In this document: positions 11,318 to 24,233 of the stretch, one piece after another
Numbering within the stretch: the stretch's first letter is position 1
Layout: each line of letters opens with the position of its first letter
From: Eledone cirrhosa
Lineage: Eukaryota
Direction of reading: 5' to 3'
Assembly: GCA_964016885.1 (NCBI GenBank)
Contig: OZ024741.1
Span: forward strand, 65,038,001 to 65,102,000
Length of the DNA stretch: 64,000 nucleotides
Notes under the pieces: model-generated
Database searches by the model: none
What the model was told of the DNA's origin: nothing
The model's input: only the letters and a program-made list of their open reading frames with translations
Translations under genes and position numbers: made by a program

Positions 11318-12313
11318 TACATACATACCCACAATCGTTTTGATCAAAGTTTTGTTAGTGAAATTTGGTACACCAGCTTAAAAAATGAAATATAAATGAA
11401 TGTATACAGGCAGACATTTATAAAGGTATATAAGTGTGTGTGTTGAGTTGATTTAACAAAATTAAATTAATCTTCAAATATCTCTAAAAGCATATGTTCC
11501 TATAAAGGTTAAAAGAAAACAGGCAGGTTTTGAATTTGGTCTCTCTCTCTCTCGTGCAATGTACAGAAAATAATTAGCCTCAATGATTTATTTTTTTCAC
11601 AATTTGAAGTGTCAACACACATTATGATATAAAAGAGAAATTATATTCCTCTAAATGTGTATATAATACATACTTTATTTTGAGTCTTGCAAAAGCACTA
11701 ATACTGTGGATGTGGCTGTTATTGATGACGGTTAACTCTTCCCAACGAAAATTATATTCTTGCGGTAACATAGCAAGAGAAAACCAAGGAATATTCGTAA
11801 TATCTCTGAAAATATTTCACATAATACATATAAGCAAGGGCGGTAATCGAAAGATACACAAAAAAATGAGAATTATGTCCCTTTAATTATAAATTTCCAC
11901 TTTTTAATTTTTCAACTAAAGTTGCTAAGTGCTCTGGGAGAAGCTGATTTAATGATAAAATGTATGTAATTTGTATGGAAAAAAAAATATATATATCATT
12001 ATTGATACATTCAAGACGTAGAGCTAGTAGAATGTCCGAATGCATTTAGTTGTATGTTCTGAGTTTAAATAATTACGAAGTCGATTTTACCCCTCATTTT
12101 TCGGGTGCCAGTAAAATCAGAATCGCTAGAAGATCGGAGAAAATCAAATGCATTATTTAGGTACAACCCTTTATGTTCTCAGTTCAAACTCCACTGAGGT
12201 AAGTTTTGGCTGTCATCATTCTTAAGTCAATAAAATAAAGTACTAGTTAAAAACTAAGGTAGATATATTCTATTATATGCCTTTCAACTTTCTAACCTTG
12301 TTTAATATTTTTG

Positions 12314-12386
12314 TTATTATTACACCCGTATGAAACGGATGTTATGAGAACTTCATAACATCCGTTTCATACGGGTGTAATAATAA
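12314..12386. repeat. Perfect 34-bp-arm palindrome with 5-bp loop
   Basis: TTATTATTACACCCGTATGAAACGGATGTTATGA-gaact-TCATAACATCCGTTTCATACGGGTGTAATAATAA. Confidence 0.95.
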
Positions 12387-14360
12387 TCAAAATTGTCATA
12401 ACATAATATATATATATACATATGGATGGATGGAAGGCGAAGTCGACCTCGATGCTATATGAACTCCGAAGGTAAAGGGTCATATCTAAATAGCGTAAGG
12501 TATACCTGCAACACGTTTAAAGATTTTTTCAGGAATACACTAGTATGCAGGAACAGCAAAATACTGGACTGAAGTATTTCATGTAAAATTGCTCTTAGGT
12601 TAGTTTCCCTGAATCTCGATTTAATAATTAACTATAACTTTTGAAGTAGCTTCTACCGAGTCACTCGACATGCTATATATAGTAGCCAGATATCCTTTAA
12701 ATCCCACCTTCCTTTCTTACAAAAGGAAAGACATAATGTCCGGCTAGAATAAGATAGGAAGAGGTCACGACTAGAATGTATTTGATGATAGGTTTGCTGG
12801 ATTCAGTGTGACCAAGAGATAAACAATATGACCATGGATGGGTTTGGGATCCAGAAAGTCCTTGGGGCACAAGCCGGGGCAAGTTGTTTTTGTGGAAGAC
12901 CAGCAGTCGCTTAATAATACCAGTATCACCCCTTAATGACACCAATGTTGTCTAAATGCCGATACAACTTGGCACCAGAGACGTTGCACCACGTTTCTAC
13001 AGCTGAGTGAACTGGGCTAACGTAAAATAAACTGCATGACTCAAGGACACAACGCATCGCCCAGTTCGAGAATCTAACTCACACCCTCGCGATTGTGAAT
13101 CCAACCCTAACCACTAAGCCACGAGGCCTTACATAAGAAATAATAGCTATTATTATTGTGATGTTCCTGTCAAGAGCCACTCTAATTCCCTCTAGGCTTT
13201 CTTTTAACAGCAACTAGGCTCTATACGAAAATATAGTTTCACATATGTAATATAATGGATTAACTAACTTCGATCATTGGGCATTACCAATCTAAAAACA
13301 AGGTAGATTACTCCGATAGGATTACAGGATAGACATTTTTGGAGAGAAAGGACAATGCTGACTAAACAACCAAATTTTCTCAAATCACATTCTACCATTA
13401 ATAAAAGAAGGGCATGTTAGGTAATGTAGTCCTAGATAAACCTAAAAATGGCAGGATCGTAATGACTGGAATTCATTTAATAAGTTTGCTCGACAAAGCT
13501 AAATCAATAGCTCGGCTCTCTAGGATAAAAAGCAGGTATTAGCAGCGAGAAATGTTTATTATCTGTCAGAGAATGGAAGATATTTCTTTCACTTATTCTA
13601 TCACTAAATCTTACTTTGAAATACACTATATAATAGTAGCAGTCAAAATAAGGGACTTAACTCATAAGGCTTCAAAATCTGATTATAGCCATATTGGTAA
13701 CTGTATCTAAAAACAACTAAAAGTTTAGTGCCCGAGTTTGTTTCCGTATAACTTTCAAAGTAACGTATATTTTTAATTAACATTGTGCAAATATGTTCCC
13801 GATGTTTAAATAAGGTTATCACAATGAAATTAATTTATTTCATAGTTGTAGGAATGACAATGCGCTCTTGTAGAAAATCTAAGACTTTATTGGAAGAAAT
13901 TGAAAAAAGATTTACAAGTTTACGCTTATTCTACTAGAAACATATAAAAAGTATTCAATAATAAAAGCATTAATTGACCTGTTTATACAATAATAAAAGT
14001 ATTCTGTTCCCCTTTTCCTTTCCAAGTAATCGAATACATTTAGAGGGGCACTCACTGTAGTTACAACCATTCAAATTGATAATTCTGAACATTAATTTAT
14101 TTTATTTATATTACAATTTATCATTGGTTATAGGTTTCCAGTGAGCTAATTACTAATTCATTACATTTATGACAGCAAAAGTGACAAGAAAGTATCTAGG
14201 GATTTCGTTCGTAAGAAAGTGTTTTTTTTTTTATCCCCCCCCCCCCTCTCTCTCTCAATGTTTATATACTACACCGATGTAAATTAATGAAACACACAAA
14301 TATATATATATATATATAGGCTTCGCAGCAGCGATTCGATAGAACAGAAGGAACTATATT

Positions 14361-14552
14361 ATGGCGGTGAATTGGCAGTATCGGTAGAGGGTTGGATGCT
14401 ATGCTTTGATGCATAGAGTTACGGCCCTTGCCATTCTGAGTTCAAATCCCGCCGAGGTTAACTTTGCCTTTCATCCTTACGGGGTCGATAAAATAAAGTA
14501 CCAGTAATGCACTGGGTAATTGCTGGCCTTGTGCCAAAAGTAGAAACAATTA
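14361..14552 (+). mobile_element. SINE family B (tRNA-like head, Nin/Deu-domain-like core)
   Basis: GGCGGTGAATTGGCAGTATCGGTAGAG...GAGTTCAAATC...GCCTTTCATCCTTACGGGGTCGATAAAAT...GGCCTTGTGCCAAAAGTAGAAACAATT. Further copies at 18315-18497 (-), 28692-28876 (-) and 30437-30534 (+, partial). The core resembles the Deu/Nin conserved SINE domain from memory, not from an alignment. Confidence 0.85.
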
Positions 14553-16231
14553 TCGTTACTATACCACGACAGCTAGATCTTTTTATGTTCGATGCGTTTG
14601 CGGGGTTGCTCGCTGACAACGAGATTCTTGTCATTGATGGCAGCTCATGCTCGTGAGGGTGCTTAGCCATTAAAGCACCTTAGCCTCACTAACACTCACA
14701 TTAATGTTGCGAATGTGTTAGCTTGCCTCATGAGTTCTCCCATATTTTAAAATATAAATTTTTATATATATTATGTGACCAACTGCTAAGAGAATTATTG
14801 GAAGTGTTTCTCTAGTGAGAAAAACACTTCCAAATATAACACTCCTTCTCTTCTACTATAACTCAGTCTGCTGTATTTGCTGGCATATTTACCAGAAGCC
14901 AACGATGTCTCGCAAGGCTACTTAGTAGTTACTCTTTTCTCCCACTCGTCTACTAGACTTAGACTTCCTGCAAAGTTTATGGGCTCCACCATTCACCAAG
15001 CCATAAAAAATATCTATTTTAAAGAACGCTGAGTGTCAATGACTTTTCAAGCTTTCTTCAAACAAATCCTGCTTTTGCACCCTAGAGTGCAACTTACAAA
15101 TGTAGTTTACCAAACCAAGCCAAGCCAAGCCAAAAACAAAAATGTCTATTTTAAAGAAATCCTTGTCTCAGTGTCAATGACTTATTCAAGAATTTTGTTA
15201 ACCCTTAATAACCATATCTTTAATAAAAGGCGCTGTATATTTGAAACATGACCTTACTAAAGTATAACTAACACTGTATATGGTTTTCAAATAATCAAGA
15301 ATTTGGAAAGATTTATTAATATAATCAACTTTCATATTATTAATCTGGTATTTGAAGCATAACTTAAGGTTCTTACATAAAATTATGTTTGAAGGTTTTT
15401 AGATAAATATAAACATTTTAAAAACAAATAGCTCTGCAACATAGAACCTGGAGCATTCTCAGGCTGGTATCAAAAGGGTTAAATCGAAATCTGCTTCTGC
15501 ACCCTAGAGTGTTGTTCACAAAACTTAGTTTGCTTAATCAAAACTCACTAGAATTTTTCAATGTGTGTGTCTGAATACTGTGGGCCTTTACATCCACTTT
15601 TATATGCTACCACAGATGCAGGTTGATGATCTCTTTACAAATGACCAGTTGACCATGAAGTAGATGTGAAACTGTTTTTTTTTTTTTTTTTTATTATATT
15701 TGTTATATGTTGTATCTGGCTTGAGCTGTAGTAGTAAGGCTTTTAGTTATTAGCATGTATATAGCTGGCTTGGAAAAGAATCCAGGAAATATTTAACATC
15801 ATATTAATGTCTAAATGCTGCTGCATTTAGTACACTCTATGTTGCATCCACAACACCAAAGTTGGCCAGTGTTATCTGTTGCTGTTTGTACAAAGTGAAA
15901 TGGACCCTGATAACTTGTCCAACCCATGCCAGCATGGAAAACTTGATGATTCAATACACACACAATTGTGAAACAGGATGGACTCCACCAAATAGACATA
16001 CCCTAACTGTCCCATGACCTGCTGAAAATTAAACCCGACTAGCTCTATCATATAACGTAGTCCTAGATATAGAAAAGGATTGGCATACCTTCCCTCAAAG
16101 GTCTGCTTGATGAAAACTGACTTGGAGTGAAACAACAAACCTCCAGATTATATACAACATGAAAAGAAAGCCTTTAATAATAATCCTATATCTTAAGGTA
16201 AATTTATCTGCTCCTTCCCGAATCATATATG

Positions 16232-16435
16232 CAGTCGTAAAGGTGAGGGTCACTGCATTTGTAGCCTAATACCAAAAATTATTGGCAAACTATTTTTTTC
16301 AGCCTGCAGCATTTGAGACATTTAAGTGGGTTATACCACTGACAAGGTTCTTGTCATTGTTGGCAGCTGAGTGTATCATGTGATGCATGGAGTATGGTGG
16401 CTTCCCTCAAAAATTATTAAAGGGAAACTCCAGCA
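16232..16435 (+). pseudogene. Degenerate CRE-like LINE restriction-like-endonuclease C-terminal relic
   Basis: Reads YQKLLANYFFQPAAFETF and later LLKGNS, matching the KY..L...F.P.A.ET.G...QRGN pattern also seen at 62219-62450. Confidence 0.45.
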
Positions 16436-16533
16436 CCCCTTGATGTGGCATGTGATTGAATTTGCTGGTCTTCTTTCCCAACCTTTTTTCTTTTTATTAT
16501 GTCTCCCCCAATTTTTCTTCTTCTAGAACTGTA

Positions 16534-16731
16534 TGAGGGTCGACTGAAAAGTTCATAAGCTGACTATGAGGAATTGATGCTAGAGCTGTGACATCTTGCA
16601 TGCAATAAATTCAACTCTTCTTATTAATAACTGCATTCTTTCTTTCCAGGGACTATGTTGAAAAATAAACCTCATTTGGTCATTCAATGAGAGTATCTTG
16701 GTCAGCTTATGAACTTTTCAGCTGCCCCCCG
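16534..16731. mobile_element. mariner-derived MITE, second family
   Basis: TA-flanked TIRs TGAGGGTCGACTGAAAAGTTCATAAGCTGAC / GTCAGCTTATGAACTTTTCAGCTGCCCCCCG. Related copies at ~7873-8020 and ~26023-26210. Confidence 0.85.
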
Positions 16732-17242
16732 TATTATGCCACCCCACCATTTCTTCTTCTAGTACTGTATATATATACAGGATGTCCCAAAATAATGTAT
16801 ACACACTTCAACAGCATTTTAATAAATATTGCATGTACAAGTAATCAAAGTGTGTATACATTTTTGGGGGACACCCTATATTTGTGTGTGTGTGAAAAAT
16901 TATTACAAACATATCTAAAGTTACAAGAAAATTTAAAATGGGCCATTTTATTTATTAAAATACGTATTTGTGTTCCACCTACCATTTTATATTTAACAAT
17001 CTCTATAAGTCTCATTAATTAACATGTTCACATTGACTATAATTGTTTTTGTCTGGGTATTGTTATCTCTTCATCATTAGTTCATAATTGATATAGTGTT
17101 GATTTCTTCTATGATTGTTATAATGTTAAAAAAACACCATGTTTTAATTTCCTTCAAAAAGTTGTCATGGTATAAATTGGATACAAAAAGTTTAGGAACT
17201 ACCAACTAAATACGTTCTAGAACTTTCCACCATACATCTTAA

Positions 17243-17453
17243 CCCTTTAGCATTTACATTACTCTATATTTACTATTATATTATCATGGCTTTATCTCAC
17301 ATGATATCTCATATATATTGAATCTATGAGATCTTGATATCATATTTTGAGAACAATACTTGAACGTCAGTATGAGCAGCCAGTTACAGCTGGTTTAAAC
17401 AGTAAGAGGTGAGAGAATTCTGGCTGGATATGGCCGGTTTAAATGCTAAAGGG
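17243..17453. mobile_element. piggyBac-type MITE
   Basis: TTAA-CCCTTTAGCATTTA ... TAAATGCTAAAGGG-TTA(G). Same family at 27206-27399, 35179-35373 and 36205-36412. Confidence 0.85.
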
Positions 17454-18884
17454 TTAGACCACAATTTACCTAGTTGTATGCGAAGTGTATTTTGATACAT
17501 TTACATCCATATATTTGCTTTACAGTGTTTCCTATATTACTAACAGACTCAGCTGGATAAAACTTGGTTTCTCTTTAACATATGTGCTTTTATTTGTTTT
17601 CAATTCCTCCCTAACTATTATTATCAGTGTCATGACTAAAAGCCCATAAGCTCCACATGTTTACATATCCTGGCTGCTGCAAAAGTTCCATTAACGCGCA
17701 GTGCTAAATTTAATGTAGGTATAACTAGTTTTGTAAATTATGAGCCCCGTCGTGGAAAAGGAACAAATGTAAATACATTTTATTATTCTTTTTTGTACAC
17801 AGAGAATAACAAAGAATATATATATATATATATATCTCCATTATTATTGAGTCTTGTTGCTTTGGACTTTCACCTGTTTATATATATATAACCAGAACAT
17901 TTTCTTTGTAAAGATGCTTCAATCCTTGATCTTCTGTCTTAGTCACTCTGGCCATCATCGTATTTCCTTTTACATACATTTAATTCAATTACAATAATTT
18001 TCTTCTATATTTTCATCAATCATTATCACACATATATTCACTAAATTCTCTTCTGACTGCTATTGTGATTTGTATCTTTAATCTTATCCGAAGATAGATA
18101 CAGTGATAAATATACATAAATAGTAAGATAGATAGTAGAAAGGTAGGTAGATAGATGTTTTTATTGTCCAGTGATAGATAGATATATAGGTATAGATAGC
18201 TGTTGTGAAGCTACAGTCCATCTAGAAATTGGATGTTATGTCAAAACTATGTGGGAGAGGAACCTATTAAAACACATATGATACATGTTCAAATTAACAC
18301 TTCCCAAACAAATATAATTGTTTCTACTTTTGGCACAAGGCCAGCAATTATCCCAGTATGTTACTGGTACTTTATTTTATCGACCTCGTAAGGATGAAAG
18401 GCAAATTTAACCTAAGTGGGATTTGAACTCAGAACGTAAAGGGACGTAACTATACTGTAAAGCATGGCATCCGATCCTCTACCGATACTGCCAATTCATA
18501 TGAAGTGGTCATTACTTGATAATGTGTTTTATTATAATGATATATATACTCTTGTGTATGACTAAGTTGTTCCTCTTAGCATTTCAGATTGTCTATATTT
18601 CATTTGGATAACCAAACTGTAATTAGTAAGTAATATCAGAATTATATATTCACATATATAAAACGACACACACACTTTCTCTCACAAAAAGACATATTCA
18701 CACGTATCAAATTCCAACCAGACTTAAAACTAGTGATATACTCAATATTAAAATGTCAATGATGTAAACCAAAAGATGAAACAAAGTTAATGTACATACG
18801 TGTGAAAGAATTTGAGCTGTGTGGTTGTGTAGGTTTGAAAGCGTATTACAGCCAACACTCTCTTTATACACACACACAGATATA

Positions 18885-18986
18885 CAGGGTGTCACAAAAA
18901 AATGTATACACACTTCAACAGCATTCTAATAAATATTGCCTGTACAAAGAAATCAAAGAATGTATACATTTTTCGGGGACACCCTG
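18885..18986. mobile_element. ~100-bp Tc1-like MITE
   Basis: TA-CAGGGTGTC(C/A)CAAAAAAATGTATACAC...TGTATACATTTTT.GGGACACCCTG-TA. Other copies near 5551-5629, 8052-8148, 8523-8604, 16778-16877, 22751-22825, 59046-59146 and 63511-63556. Confidence 0.85.
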
Positions 18987-19191
18987 TATTTTATATATAT
19001 ATGCATTAACATAATTGTTATGATCATATTATACCTGATTTTGATGCTGTGTATGTGAATATACATATAAACAACACATATGCATATATTATTTATACAT
19101 ATATAACATGCATATACATGTCATCATCATTTAATGTCTGATTTTTCACATATATCAGTAAGTATGTGTACATGGATGTGTATCTGTGTCA

Positions 19192-19516
19192 CCATCATCA
19201 TCATTTTACGTCCGCTTTTCCCTGCTTGCAAGAGTGGGATGGGAACTGATTCTGACTTGATTTCTACAGCTGGATGCCCTTCCTAATACCAACCTCATTT
19301 ACAGTGAGTGCTGGGTGCTTTTTTTGCCGTGGCACCTCCACGACCACTTTACAGTGGAATGATATGGACCCTAGTCTCTATCATAATTTCTACAGGTGAG
19401 TAAACTGGAGCAATGTGAAATAAAGTGTCTTGCTCAAGGACACAACATGTCACCCGGTCTGAGAATTGAACTCACAACCTTTTGATTGCAAGGCCAATGC
19501 TCTAACCACTAAGCCA
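19192..19516 (-). mobile_element. SINE family A copy
   Basis: Reverse complement of 1453-1821 with a (CAT)n tail. Confidence 0.9.
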
Positions 19517-19595
19517 TGTGTGTGTGTGTGTGTGTTGTGTGTATATATATATATATACATATATATATACACACAACATACACACACATGGCTTA

Positions 19596-19632
<37 letters not shown>

Positions 19633-19655
19633 ACACACACACACATGGCTTAGTG

Positions 19656-19704
<49 letters not shown>

Positions 19705-19709
<5 letters not shown>

Positions 19710-20506
19710 ATCAAGGCCTAGCAAATAGAGAAGAAGTTTTTAAATAAATTTTAAAAAATTCGCTGTACTTACTATATGTGCCTTTACCACGGTTTCAAGC
19801 TCCAGAATAAACAGAAAATCCAAGCGGACTTCCATTGAGAAGGGAGCTATCTTCAGAAGGCTCTTCTCCCTCGGAGAATATAAAATTCCCGAGTTCAAAT
19901 CACAAACTGACGCTTTTTAATTTATTAACCTGCCATAGCACCACATTGGCATACAGTTGGATAATACTTGTTTCCCTATATGTATTTTTTACATGTAGGA
20001 ATTCATACTTTATTATTATTGATCTCCCCCTAAGGTAGAGATAAAACTTGGCCGTTTGAACTGCTGCTATTTCTAGTGGCAGGACATTGACCTGTCCACC
20101 CTGCCTTTTGTATTTGCACACGGCACCAGACAGAATTATTTCTTTCATCATTCGCTCTCATTTGGGAATGGTTTTGTATGGAGTCAGTTTGTGATTTGAA
20201 CTCGGGAATTTTATATTCTCCGAGGGAGAAGAGCCTTCTGAAGATTGCTCCCTTCTCAATTAAAGTCCGCTTGGATTTTCCATTTATTCTGGAGCTTGAA
20301 ACCGCGGTAAAGGCACTTATAGTAAGTACAGCGAATTTTTTAAAATTTATTTTTAAACTTCTTCTCTATTTGCTAGACCTTAATTTTATATGTTCTGGCT
20401 TGTTAATTTATTAACCCGCCATAGAACCACACTGCCATCCGGTTGGATAATACTTATTTTCCTATATGTATTTTTTACACGTAGGAATTCATACTTTATT
20501 ATTATT
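19705..20506 (+). mobile_element. Penelope-like pLTR remnant with inverted 5' copy and partial tandem duplication
   Basis: 207-bp inverted arms 19705-19911/20183-20389 (about 10 mismatches) and a 104-bp direct repeat 19917-20020/20403-20506. Flanked by (TA)n, with a hammerhead in each arm. Confidence 0.8.
20229..20318 (+). ncRNA. Minimal type-I hammerhead ribozyme (mirror copy 19776-19865 on minus strand)
   Basis: AAGAGCCTT-CTGAAGA-TT-GCTCC...GGAGC-TT-GAAA-C-CGCG-G-TA-AAGGCACTT. Palindromic loop CGCG, triplet GUA. Confidence 0.85.
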
Positions 20507-20688
20507 ATATATATATATATATATAATACCTGATTTTGATGCTGTGTATGTGTATATGTAGACATACACAAACACACACATGTATGCATATATTATTTAT
20601 ACATATATAACACATGCATATACATGTCACCATCATTTAATATCTGATTTTTCACATTATATCAGTATAATTGTGTACATGAATGTGT

Positions 20689-20741
<53 letters not shown>

Positions 20742-21419
20742 GCCTGATTTTGATGCTATGTATGTGTATATATATAACACATGCATATGCATGTCACCAT
20801 CATTTTATGTCTGATTTTTCTCATTATATCACTATGTATATGTACATGAATGTGTGTGTGTATGTCAGTACATGTGTGTATATGCTTGTTCTAATATATA
20901 CAAGTCTAGAAAGCAGGATCAAAAGATATCAATATATCAATATGCATATCAGTGTAAGTGTATGTATAACAGAAAGAGCATGTATATGTACGTCTGAAAG
21001 TGTCTCTGGCACCAGCTTTATGTGCATATAGGCGCTATACAGTTGTGATGCAATAAACCAATAATTCATCCATGAGAATTCCAAGCTATAAACCAAACCT
21101 TGAAAGACAGAAAATTATAGCCTTTGGTCAAATATCTCTTGTGTCAATTATGTAAAAACACAGCCATTATCAATGAAATATATGAAAATATAACTGGCTA
21201 CTTCCTGACTATAATAACAGTAATGTGATGATGATGATTAAGAGAGATTAAAGAGATTATTAAAGCAATATGTAATATAAATGTAAAGTATATAACCTTA
21301 CCCTTGCAGTATATGTGTAAAACACATGTAAATTATATATGCACACACACTATGTATATATATGTATATATATATATGTATGTACACACACACACATACT
21401 CATACATACATAAATGTAT

Positions 21420-21590
21420 AATTAAAAATGATTTTCTGGTGAGGAACAGAAGGGAACCACAATTAGATAAGGTACTCATTACATTGATAGGGGAGGTACA
21501 TATTTATTTCATACAGAAATGGCTTCTACATGATTAGAGCTGTTTCATTCGAATGAAACTGTTCCAATCCTGATTTCTATATGAAATATA
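21420..21590 (-). mobile_element. Palindromic mini-element related to the 31751 family, folded at stem II (half hammerhead)
   Basis: Centre TTTCATTC|GAATGAAA at 21550/21551; shares AGAAATGGCTTCTACA and the AAGGTACTC tail. Confidence 0.7.
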
Positions 21591-21601
21591 TATATATATA
21601 T

Positions 21602-21890
21602 AATGGTAGAACACTGGTGGGTTATATCCGTAATAGAGCACTCAGTCCATGGGACGAGTTTGGTAGAAGTAGTTCCACAACAGTTAATTCACCTTACCGA
21701 GAACAATTGTTTCACTCTATTCGGATCATCAGCTCAGTTTAAATAAGATTATATGGAAAAGGAAATACAATTGTACGTACAATTGTTTTTCCTTTTCTGT
21801 ACAATCTCATTTAAACCAAGCTGATGATTCAAATAAGGTGAAAACATTCTTCCTGGAAATGGTGAACTAATTGTTGTAGAACTATTTCTA
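21602..21890 (-). mobile_element. Fold-back Penelope-like fragment with hammerhead
   Basis: ~113-bp diverged arms 21664-21776/21777-21890 centred on ACAATTGTAC|GTACAATTGT, with a unique tail at 21602-21663. Confidence 0.75.
21696..21738 (-). ncRNA. Minimal type-I hammerhead ribozyme
   Basis: ACTGAG-CTGATGA-TCCGAATAGAGT-GAAA-C-AATT-G-TT-CTCGGT. 6-bp stem I and palindromic loop AAUU; stem II is weak. Confidence 0.7.
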
Positions 21891-23631
21891 TATATTATCA
21901 TCATCATCATCATCAAGCCAGTATGGGTTGTACAAGTTCTTTTGAGGCAGTTTTTCCATGGTTGAATGCCCTTCCTTGTTGTTAAACCCATACCCTGTTT
22001 ATAAATACAATATACACCACTTATCTATAAGAACCAGGTCATCAGTGCACAAAAGTTCTTATGAACAAGCAGTCTTACACTCCTCTCTTGTAGCCTGGAG
22101 AACTATTATTATAAACAGGATAAACTGAGGACTAAACCCTAATGAACACCCACCTGCACATTGAATTAATTCTTCACTAACCTCACAACCTACCCTCACT
22201 TTACTGTCAGCTCCTTAGTACATGGCCTGCACTGCTCTCACAAACCATTATTCTATGGTTAATTTCTTTAGTGACTGCTTGACAACGGATCATGATGATA
22301 TATATAGATATATTGATGTGCATTTATATTGCATGTAATCAAACAAAACAAAAATTACCTTGGTGTATTTTTTTTTATTCCACTACAGTTATGTCCTTTT
22401 ACGTGGTGGATAATAATTGTCTGAGCTTGAATAAAATTGACTATTTAAACTCTCAGAATAGTTATGGCCTAATGATTGAAACCATTAAGATAATATGTGA
22501 TGTCTAACATTCATTGGAGTAACCTACCAGTATTTATAGGAATGTTTGTGTGTGTAAATTTATCATTTACCTCCACCTGTATAAATACTACCTGAAACAA
22601 AGTATCAACAATCTATCTACCTATCAAGAATAGTCTATATATTGTAAATGACAATGTCTATTCTGCCTAGCTTAGATCTATATTGTGTAGTGTCAGATAA
22701 CATTATAACCTATCAATAACCACACAAACTCACATTATATATATATATATAGGGTGTCCCCCAAAAATGTGTACACATTTATTAGAATGTTGTTGAAGTA
22801 TGTTTACATTTTTTGGGACACCCTGCATATATGAGGTTTCTCCCAAAAGTAAGGGTACTGATTTTCCTATGTACTGTGCGTGTATGTGTGTGTGTGTACC
22901 TAAGTGTAAAATATTAGAGTTCATTTAAAGTTTAAATCTATGAAAGTCTTCATTCCACTACCATCTAACCAAGAGCAGAAACAAGAGCCTTGTAAACAAA
23001 GAAAACAAAAGAATATTAATTATTCTCTTTTTTACTTCATTCTATTATTCTATTTTGTTTTCTTTCTTCATACAGTTATTACAGGCAGCTGTTCTGCTTA
23101 TTTATGTTCTGAATTCAAATCTTGTCAAGGTCAATGTTACCTTTTATCCTTCAGGGGTCAATACAATAAAGTACCAGTCAAATATTCTTGTAAATAAAAT
23201 CGTCTTTTTCTCTCCAAAAACTTCTGGCCCTTGCACCTCAATTAGAAATCATCATCATCATCATTATTATTTTTATTGCGCATCATTACCGCTTTACCGA
23301 GCATAGCTCTGCGCCTTGGGTACGAGCAGTGTAGCTTTTGCTGGTGTTGTTTCTATTGTATTGATAGTACTTTTCGTTATTATTATTATTATTATTAGAG
23401 AAGTGGATTGTCAGAATTATTAGAGAATCAGGCGATTGCTTTCTGTTATTTAATTTAGTTATCGTTCTTTATGTTCTTAGATCAAATTCCACTGATGTCA
23501 ATTTTGATATACATATATATATTTGATGATCATCATCAGTTTTACGTCCATTTTCCACACTATATATAAAATCATCACCATTTAATATATGTTTTCCATG
23601 GTAACATGTATATATATATATATATATATAT

Positions 23632-23960
23632 GGAGGCACATGGCTTCGTGCTTAGAGCATTGGTCTTGCAATCGAAAGATTGTGAATTCAATTCTCAGAC
23701 CGGCTGATGTGTTGTTTCCTTGAGCAAGACACTTTATTTCACATTGCTCCAGTTTACTCAGCTGTAGAAATGAGATGATAGGGACTGGGGTTCATATCAT
23801 TCCACTGCAAAGTGGTCGTGGAGATGCCACGGCAAAAAAGCACCCAGCACACACTGTATATGAGGTTGGTGTTAGGAAGGGCATCCAGCTGTAGAAATCA
23901 AGCCAGAATGAATCAGATCCTGTCCCACCCTTGAAAGCAGGGAAAAAGCGAACGTAAAAT
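23632..23960 (+). mobile_element. SINE family A copy
   Basis: Matches 1453-1821. Confidence 0.9.
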
Positions 23961-24114
23961 ATGAAGCGAACGTAAGATATAAATGCGATATGAAGTGAAC
24001 GTAAGATATGAATGAAAATAAAATATGTATATATATATGTATATACATATATATATATGTGTTTACTGGATTTTTGCAAACATAGAAGCATTTGCCTGTG
24101 ACATATCAACTCCC

Positions 24115-24233
24115 TTGCATAACTGACTTAACATCTGATGATGTCACAACAGTACCAGTCACTGATGTAATGATTACATAAGATCCACATTGGTGTCACT
24201 GAAATATGTATTATCCAATAAATGATTATGCAA
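24115..24233 (+). ncRNA. Aged minimal type-I hammerhead ribozyme
   Basis: TTGCATAA...AT-CTGATGA-T-GTCACAACAGT...ATTGGTGTCAC-T-GAAA-T-ATGT-A-TT-AT..AATAAA..TTATGCAA. Core intact, stems partly decayed. Confidence 0.6.
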
